DNA from: an archaeon
GTDB taxonomy: Archaea > Iainarchaeota > Iainarchaeia > Iainarchaeales > CSSED10-239
Length of the DNA: 32,000 bases
Assembly (NCBI GenBank): GCA_041677685.1
Contig: JBAYPN010000002.1
Coordinates: 1-32,000, forward strand
Direction of reading: 5' to 3'
Each line of letters opens with the position of its first letter. Position 1 is the stretch's first letter. The notes beneath the pieces are model-generated. The model saw nothing but the letters and a program-made list of their open reading frames with translations, was not told the DNA's origin and did not search any database. Made by a program: the position numbers and the translations under genes. Positions 17,958 through 26,700 of the stretch are shown piece by piece.

Positions 17958-18103
17958 CTTTCTTTTAAAAGAAAATCTTTAGATTATGAAAAGAAGAAAT
18001 TACAATTGAAGAAAAAAAATTAAAATTGAAGACTGTAAAAATGAAAAAAGTATAAACTAGTAAATATAACTGAAATTGAAATTTGAAGAAAAAAAATTAA
18101 TAA

Positions 18104-19276
18104 ATGTGTGAAAAATATATGAGAGAATTACCTGAATTAATTTTAAAAAGAGTAAAAGATTATGCAAAGTCTAAAAGCTTTAGTGATGCAAAAACTAAAA
18201 AGTTAGTAGAAGTTGTTCTAAATAGATACAATGAAGGACTTGTGACTCCTGGAGATGCAATTGGGTTAATTTCTGCTCAATCAATTGGAGAGCCTGGAAC
18301 TCAGTTGACCTTAAGAACAAAGCACTATGCTGGATCTTTGGAAGTTTCTGTTGGGCAAGGAATCCAAAGGGTTATTGAGATTGTTGATGGTAGACTTACT
18401 GCAAAATACCCAATTATGAAAATTTATTTGAAAAAGAATGTGTTTACAAGTGAAAAAAAATTATTAAAGTTTGCAAACAATTTAATTGATGTTAAGGTAG
18501 GAAATGTTGGACACTTTGAAGAGGACTTTACAACTAGAGTTGTTTCTTTTATACCAAATGAAAAAGTATTAGAAGAACTTGATGCTGATAAGGAAGAAAT
18601 TATGACATTAATCTATGATAAGATAGATGATCTTTATACTTCTAAAAGATTTACACCAAACAAAAATGGAATTAATTTTAGTTTTGATGAAAGCACACCT
18701 TTATATAATATTAGAAAAGGTCTTTTAAAATGGGAAAAGATACCGTTGTTTGGAATAAAACATATTGAAAAGGTTGTTGTGGTTGAAGAGAAAGGAGAAA
18801 AGATAATTGTTACTAGAGGAACAAATCTTTCAGAGATTTTAAAGTTAGAGGAAATTGATAGCCTTAGAACATACACAAACGACATAATTGAAATTAATAA
18901 AATTTTTGGAATTGAGGCCGCAAGGTCAGCAATAATTAGTGAGCTTTCAGAAACCTTTACTTCTAATGGAATTGATATTAATAAAAGACATATATTTATT
19001 TTAGCAGACCTAATGTGCTTTACAGGAAAAGTAAAAGGAATTGTTAGAACAGGAATTACTGGACAGAAAAATTCACCTTTTGCAAGAGCTTCATTTGAAG
19101 AAACAGTTAAGCATATATTAAATGCTGCATTTGATAATGAGGTAGAGCCTTTAACTGGGATTACAGAAAATTTAATTGTTGGTCAACCAATATCTGCAGG
19201 AACAGGTAAAGTAAAATTAACATTAGATCCTAAAAATTTAAAGAAAATGATAAAAAAACAAGAGGCATCAAATTAA
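18104..19276 (+). CDS. rpoA2: DNA-directed RNA polymerase subunit A'' (Rpo1 C-terminal part)
   Basis: 390 aa. The trigger-loop region is GDAIGLISAQSIGEPGTQLTLRTKHYAG, with a C-terminal SPFARASFEET. ATG at 18119 is an alternative start. Confidence 0.93.
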   Translation: MCEKYMRELPELILKRVKDYAKSKSFSDAKTKKLVEVVLNRYNEGLVTPGDAIGLISAQSIGEPGTQLTLRTKHYAGSLEVSVGQGIQRVIEIVDGRLTAKYPIMKIYLKKNVFTSEKKLLKFANNLIDVKVGNVGHFEEDFTTRVVSFIPNEKVLEELDADKEEIMTLIYDKIDDLYTSKRFTPNKNGINFSFDESTPLYNIRKGLLKWEKIPLFGIKHIEKVVVVEEKGEKIIVTRGTNLSEILKLEEIDSLRTYTNDIIEINKIFGIEAARSAIISELSETFTSNGIDINKRHIFILADLMCFTGKVKGIVRTGITGQKNSPFARASFEETVKHILNAAFDNEVEPLTGITENLIVGQPISAGTGKVKLTLDPKNLKKMIKKQEASN

Positions 19277-19294
19277 AGTAGATAAGCTTATTCA

Positions 19295-19306
19295 TTTATA
19301 AATGTT
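19295..19306 (+). promoter_or_regulatory. Candidate TATA box/promoter motif TTTATAAATGTT upstream of rpl30e
   Basis: The identical 12-mer occurs at 27385-27396 and 29978-29989, with the near-identical TTTATAAATGTA at 6765-6776. At three of the four sites the motif ends about 45-50 nt upstream of a start codon. Confidence 0.5.
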
Positions 19307-19354
19307 GTTAGGCTTATATATATTTATGCAATTAAAAAAAATTAAGTGAGATTT

Positions 19355-19852
19355 ATGGATTGGAGTAAATTTAATACACAACTAAGAAATACAGTTGATA
19401 CAGGGAAAATAATTATAGGAACAAAGGAAACATTTAAGGAATGCTTGATTGGAGATCCTAAGTTTTTAGTAGTTAGTAGTACAATTAGGTTGATTGATAA
19501 AAAGCAATTTGAGCATTATGCAAAGTTACTAAATATTAGAATAGTTCAATATCCAGAGAATGGATTTGAGTTAGGATCTGTGTGCGGAAAGCCATTTAAT
19601 ATTTCTGTTCTTGCAATCAAGGATTTTGGACAATCTTCTTTATTAGATGTTTTAGATTCTAAAGATGAAGTTGTTTCTAAAGTTAGTTCTAAAATTAAAG
19701 TTAAAGCTGAGAAAAAAGCAAAAAAAGAAAATATTGAAAAAGAAAAAGCAAAAGTTAAGAAACTAAAAGAAATTAGACAAAAAGAAGAAGAAGAAAAGCC
19801 GATAATGGAAGATGAAGCTTTAAAGGGTATTTTAAAAATTAAGAAAAAATGA
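19355..19852 (+). CDS. rpl30e: Ribosomal protein L30e (eL30) with a ~65-aa Lys/Glu-rich C-terminal extension
   Basis: The core TGKIIIGTKETFKECL...FLVVSS...YAKLLNIRIVQY...ELGSVCGKPFNISVLAI matches archaeal L30e. The tail from about 19655 (KVKAEKKAKKENIEKEKAKVKKLKEIRQKEEEE...) is extra. ATG at 19355 is preferred over GTG at 19346. Confidence 0.85.
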   Translation: MDWSKFNTQLRNTVDTGKIIIGTKETFKECLIGDPKFLVVSSTIRLIDKKQFEHYAKLLNIRIVQYPENGFELGSVCGKPFNISVLAIKDFGQSSLLDVLDSKDEVVSKVSSKIKVKAEKKAKKENIEKEKAKVKKLKEIRQKEEEEKPIMEDEALKGILKIKKK

Positions 19853-19982
19853 TTTGTTTTCTTAATTTTTTAAAGTCTACATTTTTTCTAAAGTTTTTTC
19901 TAAAGTTTATAATATAGGAGTTTTTAAAAATCGTTATTGGAAAATAATAAAAAATAAAATTTAAAAAATTAGGTGTATGATT

Positions 19983-20408
19983 ATGGCAAATGGAGAATTT
20001 TCTGCAAGGAAAAATATTAAAGATAGAATCAAATGGAATCGTAAAGATCCAAGACATAAAAGAAAAGTAAAGATTGATGCTAAGAAAGGACTGCTTAAAG
20101 GTGCTCCTCAAGCAAAAGGAATTGTTCTTGAAAAAAAAGGAATTACTGCTAGACAGCCAAATTCAGGAATAAGAAAGTGTGTAAGAGTTAAGCTTATTAA
20201 GAATGGTAGAGAATTAACAGCTTTAGCACCAAAAGATAAAGCAATTAAATTTATAGAAATACACGACCAAGTAACTATTGAAGGTAGTGGTGGAAGAAAA
20301 GGTGGCCCTGTTGGGGACCTTTGGGGTGTAAAGTACAGAGTTGTAAAGGTTAATGGACAATCTCTAGAAATGTTAAGAACAGGTAGAAAGGAGAAATCTA
20401 AAAGATAG
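19983..20408 (+). CDS. rps12: Ribosomal protein S12 (uS12)
   Basis: [47 protein letters not shown] is characteristic of uS12. AGGTG lies at 19971-19975. ATG at 19977 is only 1 nt from this SD, and ATG at 19983 is 7 nt away and is preferred. Confidence 0.92.
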   Translation: MANGEFSARKNIKDRIKWNRKDPRHKRKVKIDAKKGLLKGAPQAKGIVLEKKGITARQPNSGIRKCVRVKLIKNGRELTALAPKDKAIKFIEIHDQVTIEGSGGRKGGPVGDLWGVKYRVVKVNGQSLEMLRTGRKEKSKR

Positions 20409-20445
20409 GTTTTTTTTTTTAAATTATGAAATTAAGGTGTATGTT

Positions 20446-21045
20446 ATGTTAGTGTTTGGAAAATGGTCTACAAATGATGTTTTTTGTAAAGATGTAGGAA
20501 TCTCAAAGTATGTTAGTTTTAAGGAAAGGGAACTTCCAAGTTCTTTTGGAATTTCAAAAAGTACTTTAGTTGAAAAGGCTAAGGTTGATGTGGTTGAAAG
20601 ACTAACCAACAAGCTTATGAGATCTGGACAAGGTAAGAAAAAATTGTCAGGAAAGTTTATTAGAGGAAAAAATGCTTGTGGGAAAAAAGATTTGATGTTT
20701 AAGACTGTTGATGAAGCCTTTGATCAAGTCTATAAGATTACTAAAGAAAACCCAGTTCAGGTTTTAATAAAAGCAATTGAATTTTCTGCTCCTAGAGAAG
20801 ATATTGTTAAGCTTCAGAGAGGAGGAATCAATTATAATCAAGCAGTTGATGTTGCTCCTATAAAGAGACTTGATGAGGCTTTAAAGAATCTTGCTCTTGC
20901 AGTTTTTAAAGCAACCTTTAAATCAAGAAAGGATATGGCAAGTGCATTAGCTGAAGAGCTAATTGCTGCATCTAAAAATGATCAAAAGAGTTATGCTGTT
21001 AAGAGAAGGGATGAAATTGAAAGAATTGCTCAAGGTTCTAGATAG
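20446..21045 (+). CDS. rps7: Ribosomal protein S7 (uS7)
   Basis: LVFGKWSTNDV...VERLTNKLMRSG...AIEFSAPREDI...AVKRRDEIERIA is typical of archaeal uS7. The ORF-track GTG at 20437 lies inside the SD AAGGTG (20434-20439). ATG at 20446 is 6 nt downstream. Confidence 0.92.
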   Translation: MLVFGKWSTNDVFCKDVGISKYVSFKERELPSSFGISKSTLVEKAKVDVVERLTNKLMRSGQGKKKLSGKFIRGKNACGKKDLMFKTVDEAFDQVYKITKENPVQVLIKAIEFSAPREDIVKLQRGGINYNQAVDVAPIKRLDEALKNLALAVFKATFKSRKDMASALAEELIAASKNDQKSYAVKRRDEIERIAQGSR

Positions 21046-21057
21046 ATCTTAGAATCC

Positions 21058-21085
21058 TTTTTTCTTTTATTTTTCTTATTTTTAA
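21058..21085 (+). terminator. T-rich tracts after rps7 (candidate terminator)
   Basis: CCTTTTTTCTTTTATTTTTCTTATTTTT lies directly after the TAG stop. A ~240-nt AT-rich spacer follows, containing TTTATAAATAT at 21196-21206. Confidence 0.4.
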
Positions 21086-21287
21086 TTCTGTTTATTTTCT
21101 AATAAAAGATTTTTGTTTATATTTTAAATTTTTATTGTGTGTAAAGCATATTTTTAATTTTATATTCTTTTTATTTTTTTTATAATTTTTTCTTTTTATA
21201 AATATAAAATTCAATTTCACATATATTTTTAAAGTATATGTTGTTGAGTATTAATAATTAAAATAAAACTTGATAAGAGGAAACAAT

Positions 21288-21740
21288 ATGCCAATACTTA
21301 AAAAATTATTACAGAAAAAAAAAATAAAAAGATTAAGAAAATTACATGAGTATAAGGAAATAAAAGATGATGTTGATTTTGTGTCTAAAAAAATATTACA
21401 TCTTTTGATAGATTGTGAAGCTTTAATATCCTCAACTTATTTTTTTGAAAGAAAGGAGGATATCAAAAAGGAGTTAATAAATTTAGATAGTAAAAAAGAA
21501 CCTTCTTTTAAAAAGAAGATTCTACATATTAATCAAAAATCAATTGATCTGATTAATAACTTTGAGATTATTTATAATATGTTTTTTGACCTAAAACAGA
21601 AGTTAGAAAACACCCCTAAAAAACAATACTCAGGTGAAGAAATTAAAAAAATTAATTTACAATATACACAACTAGAATCAAAGATTGATCTGATTAAAAG
21701 ATTTAGAAAAATATCAAACATTGTTTTTAAAGAGGATTGA
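21288..21740 (+). CDS. Hypothetical Lys-rich protein
   Basis: GAGG at 21277-21280 lies 7 nt upstream of ATG 21288. The protein is 150 aa with no recognisable motif. It ends with TGA, which is followed immediately, in the same frame, by ATG of the next ORF. Confidence 0.5.
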   Translation: MPILKKLLQKKKIKRLRKLHEYKEIKDDVDFVSKKILHLLIDCEALISSTYFFERKEDIKKELINLDSKKEPSFKKKILHINQKSIDLINNFEIIYNMFFDLKQKLENTPKKQYSGEEIKKINLQYTQLESKIDLIKRFRKISNIVFKED

Positions 21741-22313
21741 ATGCTTATGAAGCCAAGTTTTAAGAATAAAACAAATATTAAAAAGGTACTTAAAGAAAAG
21801 AAAATAAAAAAAAATAAAATAAATAAAGAGTTTGCTTTTAAAAGGATTTCTGAAAATAAAGCTGAGTGGGTTAATAAAGATCTATCTTTAAAAGCTAAAA
21901 CACATAAGTTTATAGAAAAGATAACAAAATTTACAAATAGTAAAAACTTTGAAAAACTTAAAAAAGAATATCCTTTGGCAAGTAAATTTTTTGAACATTT
22001 GTTTAAAACTAGTAATAGACTTGGTAGCAATATCTTTTTTATGTGGTCACCAGGAGATTTACAAGTAGCACTTTTTGTCTTGCCAATCAAATTTAAAAAA
22101 ACACAAATCATTTTAGAGGGGTTTCAGAAAAAAGGAATTTCTTTAGATTCTATTTTGAAAAATGAGGCTGCAATAAAAATTATTTTTGAAAAATCTTTTT
22201 TTATAGATAATGAGATTGACATGACGATTTATAACGATATAATAAACAAGGTAGAAACTGTATTAAAAAATGAAAAAGAAACTGATAAGCAAAAAATAAT
22301 AGTCAAAAAATAA
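21741..22313 (+). CDS. Hypothetical protein
   Basis: 190-aa ORF that starts directly after the upstream TGA in the same reading frame. The N-terminus is Lys-rich and no motif is recognised. Confidence 0.5.
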   Translation: MLMKPSFKNKTNIKKVLKEKKIKKNKINKEFAFKRISENKAEWVNKDLSLKAKTHKFIEKITKFTNSKNFEKLKKEYPLASKFFEHLFKTSNRLGSNIFFMWSPGDLQVALFVLPIKFKKTQIILEGFQKKGISLDSILKNEAAIKIIFEKSFFIDNEIDMTIYNDIINKVETVLKNEKETDKQKIIVKK

Positions 22314-22328
22314 AATTAAAAAAAAATT

Positions 22329-22964
22329 ATGAAAAAAAAGAACCAAGATGATTGGGATAAAGTTTACTCTTCTAAAAAAAACTTAAAAAAATTACCTTGG
22401 TTAAGAACAGTTATCCCTGAATGGTTTTTAAAAATTGTTAATAATCCTAGATGGGTAGAGCCATGTCTGGCCTTAGACTTAGGTTGTGGTAATGGTTACT
22501 ATGCTTACTTCCTTTCAAATAAAGGCTTTAAGGTTACAGGAGTTGATGTTTCTAAAAAGATAATTGCTGTTGCTAAAAAGACATACACAAATAATAATTT
22601 AGAATTTAAAGAATTAGATGTTTTTTCTTCACATTTACTTACAAACAATTATGATTTTACTTATGATATTGGATTGTTTCATAATATCTTACCTGAGAGA
22701 AGAAAAGAGTATGTAGATGTCATAGCTTCCAAATTAAACAAAAAAGGGAAATTTTTACTTTTCTGTTTTGATAAAAGAGAAAAGACCTTTAATAACAAAC
22801 CAATTTACCTAAATACACTTTATGACATGTACTCCTATCCTCTATCAAAAGAAGAAATAATAAAAACATTTTCTTCAAAATTTAAAATAGAAAAAATAAT
22901 TGAACATAGGTATGGAACAAACAACTACAAGAGAAGATTTATTTGTTTGATGTCTAAAAAATAA
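22329..22964 (+). CDS. Class I SAM-dependent methyltransferase (small-molecule or RNA type; substrate unknown)
   Basis: 211 aa. Motif I is ALDLGCGNGYYAYFLSNKGFKVTGVDVS, the acidic post-I and motif II region is ELDVF, and motif III is DIGLFHNI. No DPPY/NPPY-type DNA methyltransferase motif is present. Confidence 0.75.
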   Translation: MKKKNQDDWDKVYSSKKNLKKLPWLRTVIPEWFLKIVNNPRWVEPCLALDLGCGNGYYAYFLSNKGFKVTGVDVSKKIIAVAKKTYTNNNLEFKELDVFSSHLLTNNYDFTYDIGLFHNILPERRKEYVDVIASKLNKKGKFLLFCFDKREKTFNNKPIYLNTLYDMYSYPLSKEEIIKTFSSKFKIEKIIEHRYGTNNYKRRFICLMSKK

Positions 22965-23095
22965 TTTTTAATAGTAATTAAACTTATAACCATAATTGCC
23001 TAAACCTTTTCTTTAATGGGAATCTATTTAAATGTAATTACACATAATATACATAGTAGTTATAAAAAGAGAATATAAACATTTGGTGATTATTT

Positions 23096-23449
23096 ATGAT
23101 AAATATTACAACTTCAATTTTTCCATATAGACTAGACACACGTCTAAAAGATTCTTTAGAATTAAGCTTAAAGGTAAAAAATGCAGACACAGACATAAAA
23201 TTAATAAGCATAGATGTGATTCTAGATCCTAATATAGCACTTGAAAAAAGCGGTGTTAAAAAAGCAGTTTCTTTGAGGGTTGGAGATTTAGGTGGAGGCA
23301 AAAGCATTTTAAAGAAATTTGAGATTTATCCATTCCAAGGAATCAAGCCAGGAACCTATAATGTTTTAGTAAGAGTTAATGAACATTATGTAAACTATGA
23401 GCAATTGAAGAGTAAGACAGAAAAATTAATTCCAATCAAAGCAATTTAA
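23096..23449 (+). CDS. Small hypothetical protein, possibly an Ig-like/CARDB-like beta-sandwich
   Basis: 117 aa with alternating beta-strand-like pattern (LELSLKVKNADTDIKLISIDVIL ... LRVGDLGGGKSILKKFEIYP ... KPGTYNVLVRVN), reminiscent of CARDB-type domains. No signal peptide. The assignment is tentative. Confidence 0.45.
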   Translation: MINITTSIFPYRLDTRLKDSLELSLKVKNADTDIKLISIDVILDPNIALEKSGVKKAVSLRVGDLGGGKSILKKFEIYPFQGIKPGTYNVLVRVNEHYVNYEQLKSKTEKLIPIKAI

Positions 23450-23765
23450 TTCCCTTTTTCTTTTTTATTATTTTATAGTTCTGTTTTTAAAATTAAGCTT
23501 CTACAATATTACTATTGTGGATTACAAAACTATTGATGAAGTGTATACGAAATAAGATTCTATTTTAAAAGATAATTAATTTAATTATTTTATAGAACTG
23601 ATGTTGTTAGATAAATAAAATTTTTAATAGATAAACACCATTGTAAAAAAGATCAGACATTTAGATTAAGCTAAAAATTAAATAAGTTTTTTCAAGATCT
23701 AGAAAAATAAAATATAATAAAAATATTTAGGTTCTCTAAATTAAGATATAGATAGGGAGAATTTG

Positions 23766-26700
23766 ATGATTGATAATAGATTTTTAATAATTTTTGTAAT
23801 CTTGGTAGTTTTTTTCACATTTAATATTAATTCATATGAAATTGTAGATTCTAAGACAGTCTTCTATGATCAAGAGATTAATTTAAACCTTCTAGATTTA
23901 AATGAAAATTCAGATCACTTAAAAGTGATCTTGTCAGTTATTAATTTTGATGATGACAAGGTTTATTTTGAAAAAGAACTAAGTTCTTCTAAACAAGATT
24001 TAGATAATTTCACATTCTCTAAATTGTACAATCCTAGATTGTTGTTTAAGTATGATTTTTATGATCAAAATTCACAATTGTTATTTCAAAAGATCTACCA
24101 AATAGATCTAATAGAAAACCCAAAAGACTTTAAAATATTTATTTGCAATTCTGAAAAGCAAAAAGATTGTGTGCCCTCTAGCAGACTAAGCTATAAAGAT
24201 TCAATTTATGTTTTTTCTTCAAATTCTTCTATAGTAGATTACAATGTTTCTGTTTTTGATCTAGAAGGTAACTTACAAAAAGAATATAGTCTAGTGTCCC
24301 TTCCATTAAAATTAGATTTTGATTATCTAGGAATCTACAAAATTAAAGTTGAAGCAAATAATATTTCTAAGACACAATTTTTAGAAATAACTAACCAAAA
24401 AGAAAATCCAGAATATTTTTTAGATATTTCAAACAAAGATGGTGTGGAGTCTTTAGAACCAATGGCTAATAATGCTTTAAAAAATAAAAATAATCTTTTT
24501 CTGTTCCTAAAAATCATTTTAATAATCATCTTACTAGTTTTAATCTATTCTTTCTTATTTAAGATAAAAGAAAAAGAAAATAGAAGGGAAAAGAGAAAAA
24601 ATAAAAAACTATTAGTTATCTTAATTATAATTTTGTTCATTTCATTTTCATTTATTACCCCCCTTCACTCTTATGAAATTGAGTATAATGATTTAGAGAT
24701 ATCCTATCAAGATCTACAAACTAAATTTGAATATCCAAAAGAAATAAGTTTACTTGTTTACCCTGGCATCTCAAGTCAGAAGAAAATAATTCCAATTGTT
24801 GATTTTGATCAGATCTATTCAGGAGAACTTAACCTAAATGAGAGTTATGAAATTGAAGATAAAAATTTTAAAAACTCTACTTTAGATTTAGACATTAGCT
24901 TAATAGATGTTTATTTGATTGCAGATAAAAAAATCCAACAACAATTGAAATTAGATAATTTAAAAACCTATCAAGAATGTTATAATGTTATTAACTTTTA
25001 TAATAACAACCCAATCCAGTCAAGAGCAGATCTTGTTAATAGAACCTTTTTTGGATTAATAAATGATAATCATTTTTCAGAAGGGTGTGTTTCTGATTTA
25101 GTAAACTCCAATATCCTGGTGCCTAAAAAGCTATTAGTAGAAATTAATTATTCTGATAGTTCTTTTGATTATAATAAAAACAAAACTTTTGATCTTAAGT
25201 GTAATATTTCTCATATCTTTTGGAATGCAGAATCTAAAAAAATAAAACTTAATTTAATTTACACTGATAAGCTAGACTTGCAAATGAAGGTAACTAACAA
25301 TTTAAAAGATATAATTTTCAATCTAGAAAATAATGGTGTTAACATCTCTTCTAAGGGCCAATTCCCAAAAGAAACAGATACCATCAATTACCTAAAAAAT
25401 GATATTTTAAGTTTACAAAATTTAAGTTTATCTAATGATTTTAATTTTTTTGAATTTGAAATAATTAATGGGGATATAGTTAAGTTTAGTGATTTTTACT
25501 CAAGAGCAGTAAATATTGAAAACAGGGGTGTTAATTATAATTTAAGGTCAATATCTAAAATGATTGAAACTGACAATAAGAATAATTTCTTAATTGATTA
25601 TTATTTAATAAATGGAAACCTATCTAAATCTAAAAGCACATATTTTAGTAGAAACAGATCAAAATTAAGAGTAAAGTCTGCAAAAGAAAATATAACATTT
25701 TATAATAATGATGATGGGTTATATGTGAAAGATGATTTTGGGTATGAAAAAATATATCCAGACAATTATAATTTAAATATTTATTACTATTATAAAGTCT
25801 ACCCAGACTATATTGACTTTTATGTAATTAATTATGATGTAGAAAATATAATCATTTACAACGATGTTTTCTCATATACTTTCTTTAATTCTTTGTTAAC
25901 TTTAGATTCTGATCTTAACATAACTAATATTAGTTCTAATGAGTTTGGTAGAAGTATAACTATTGATAATAAATATACTTTTAATTCAGAGCTTTTCATT
26001 CCAAATTTAGATTCTTATTATTTAATTGATGAGGATTATGTTCTAAAAGAAAAAAGCAATTTGCAAAGTTTTTATGACCAAGATCAAAATCTGCTCTTTG
26101 AATCAATTTTAAATAAGCAGTATAGTTTCTTTAAAGAAGATTTTGAAGAATTAAAAAGAAAAATTATTATATCTACTGATGTATCTAATGCTTATGATTT
26201 TGATAGAAAACAAACTAATCTTTTTATAGCTTACTATCTTTCTAAAATTGAAGACTCTTTTGATTCTCCATCTAAAGTACATGACTTTTTTTGTAAACAA
26301 GATAGTTATGAAAAATATAGTGGTTATTTTAAAAATGCAAACTTTTCGTATTTTAAATATAATTTCTTAGACTCAATTGATGTTTATGGAAACAATCCTT
26401 TTATTATTGAAAAAGATTTTAATAAGGTAGATTATGAAAGATTTTGCCAATATCTGATCAACAAACCTAATCAAGAAACAATTGATTTTACTACAGCCAT
26501 ATTTTTAGGAGCTGACTATTTACAACAAGAGAAAGTAAGTGTTAAATTTTTAGATTCAGTTTTAGTTAATAGTTCTTACAGTCATATTTTTACAAAAAAA
26601 GAATTATATTTGTTTGTGTCTAATTATTTATTATTCAATAATATTTTACAGGATGAAAATCTTAGTTATGCTTATGAGCTAAAAAAAATCTATAACAATA

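Noticed and set aside
11871-19276. Inteins, introns or frameshifts in the RNA polymerase genes
   Set aside because: The subunit lengths (485, ~605, 861 and 390 aa) and the continuous conserved motifs match normal split archaeal subunits. No Cys/Ser...HN intein boundaries or extra insertions were noticed.
21738-21740. Genome-wide reassignment of TGA as a sense codon
   Set aside because: TGA terminates rpoB2 (13326), rpl30e (19850) and the 767-aa protein (29740) at sensible positions. None of the conserved genes contains an in-frame TGA.
21572-22111. 179-aa minus-strand ORF spanning the junction of the two plus-strand unknown ORFs
   Set aside because: Its Phe/Leu/Ser/Ile-rich composition is typical of the antisense of Lys/Glu-rich coding sequence. 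The plus strand is fully covered by ORFs with an SD-like GAGG and sits in a co-directional gene context. Some ambiguity remains because none of these ORFs has a recognisable homologue.
23501-23520. Hairpin CTACAATA-TTAC-TATTGTGG in the 315-nt spacer upstream of the 1185-aa gene, plus the direct repeat ATTATTTTATAG(T/A)(T/A)CTG at about 23468 and about 23584, as a possible small RNA
   Set aside because: The stem is only 8 bp, AT-rich and contains a G-U pair. There is no flanking conserved structure or promoter/terminator pair, so it is compatible with chance or a minor terminator-associated hairpin.
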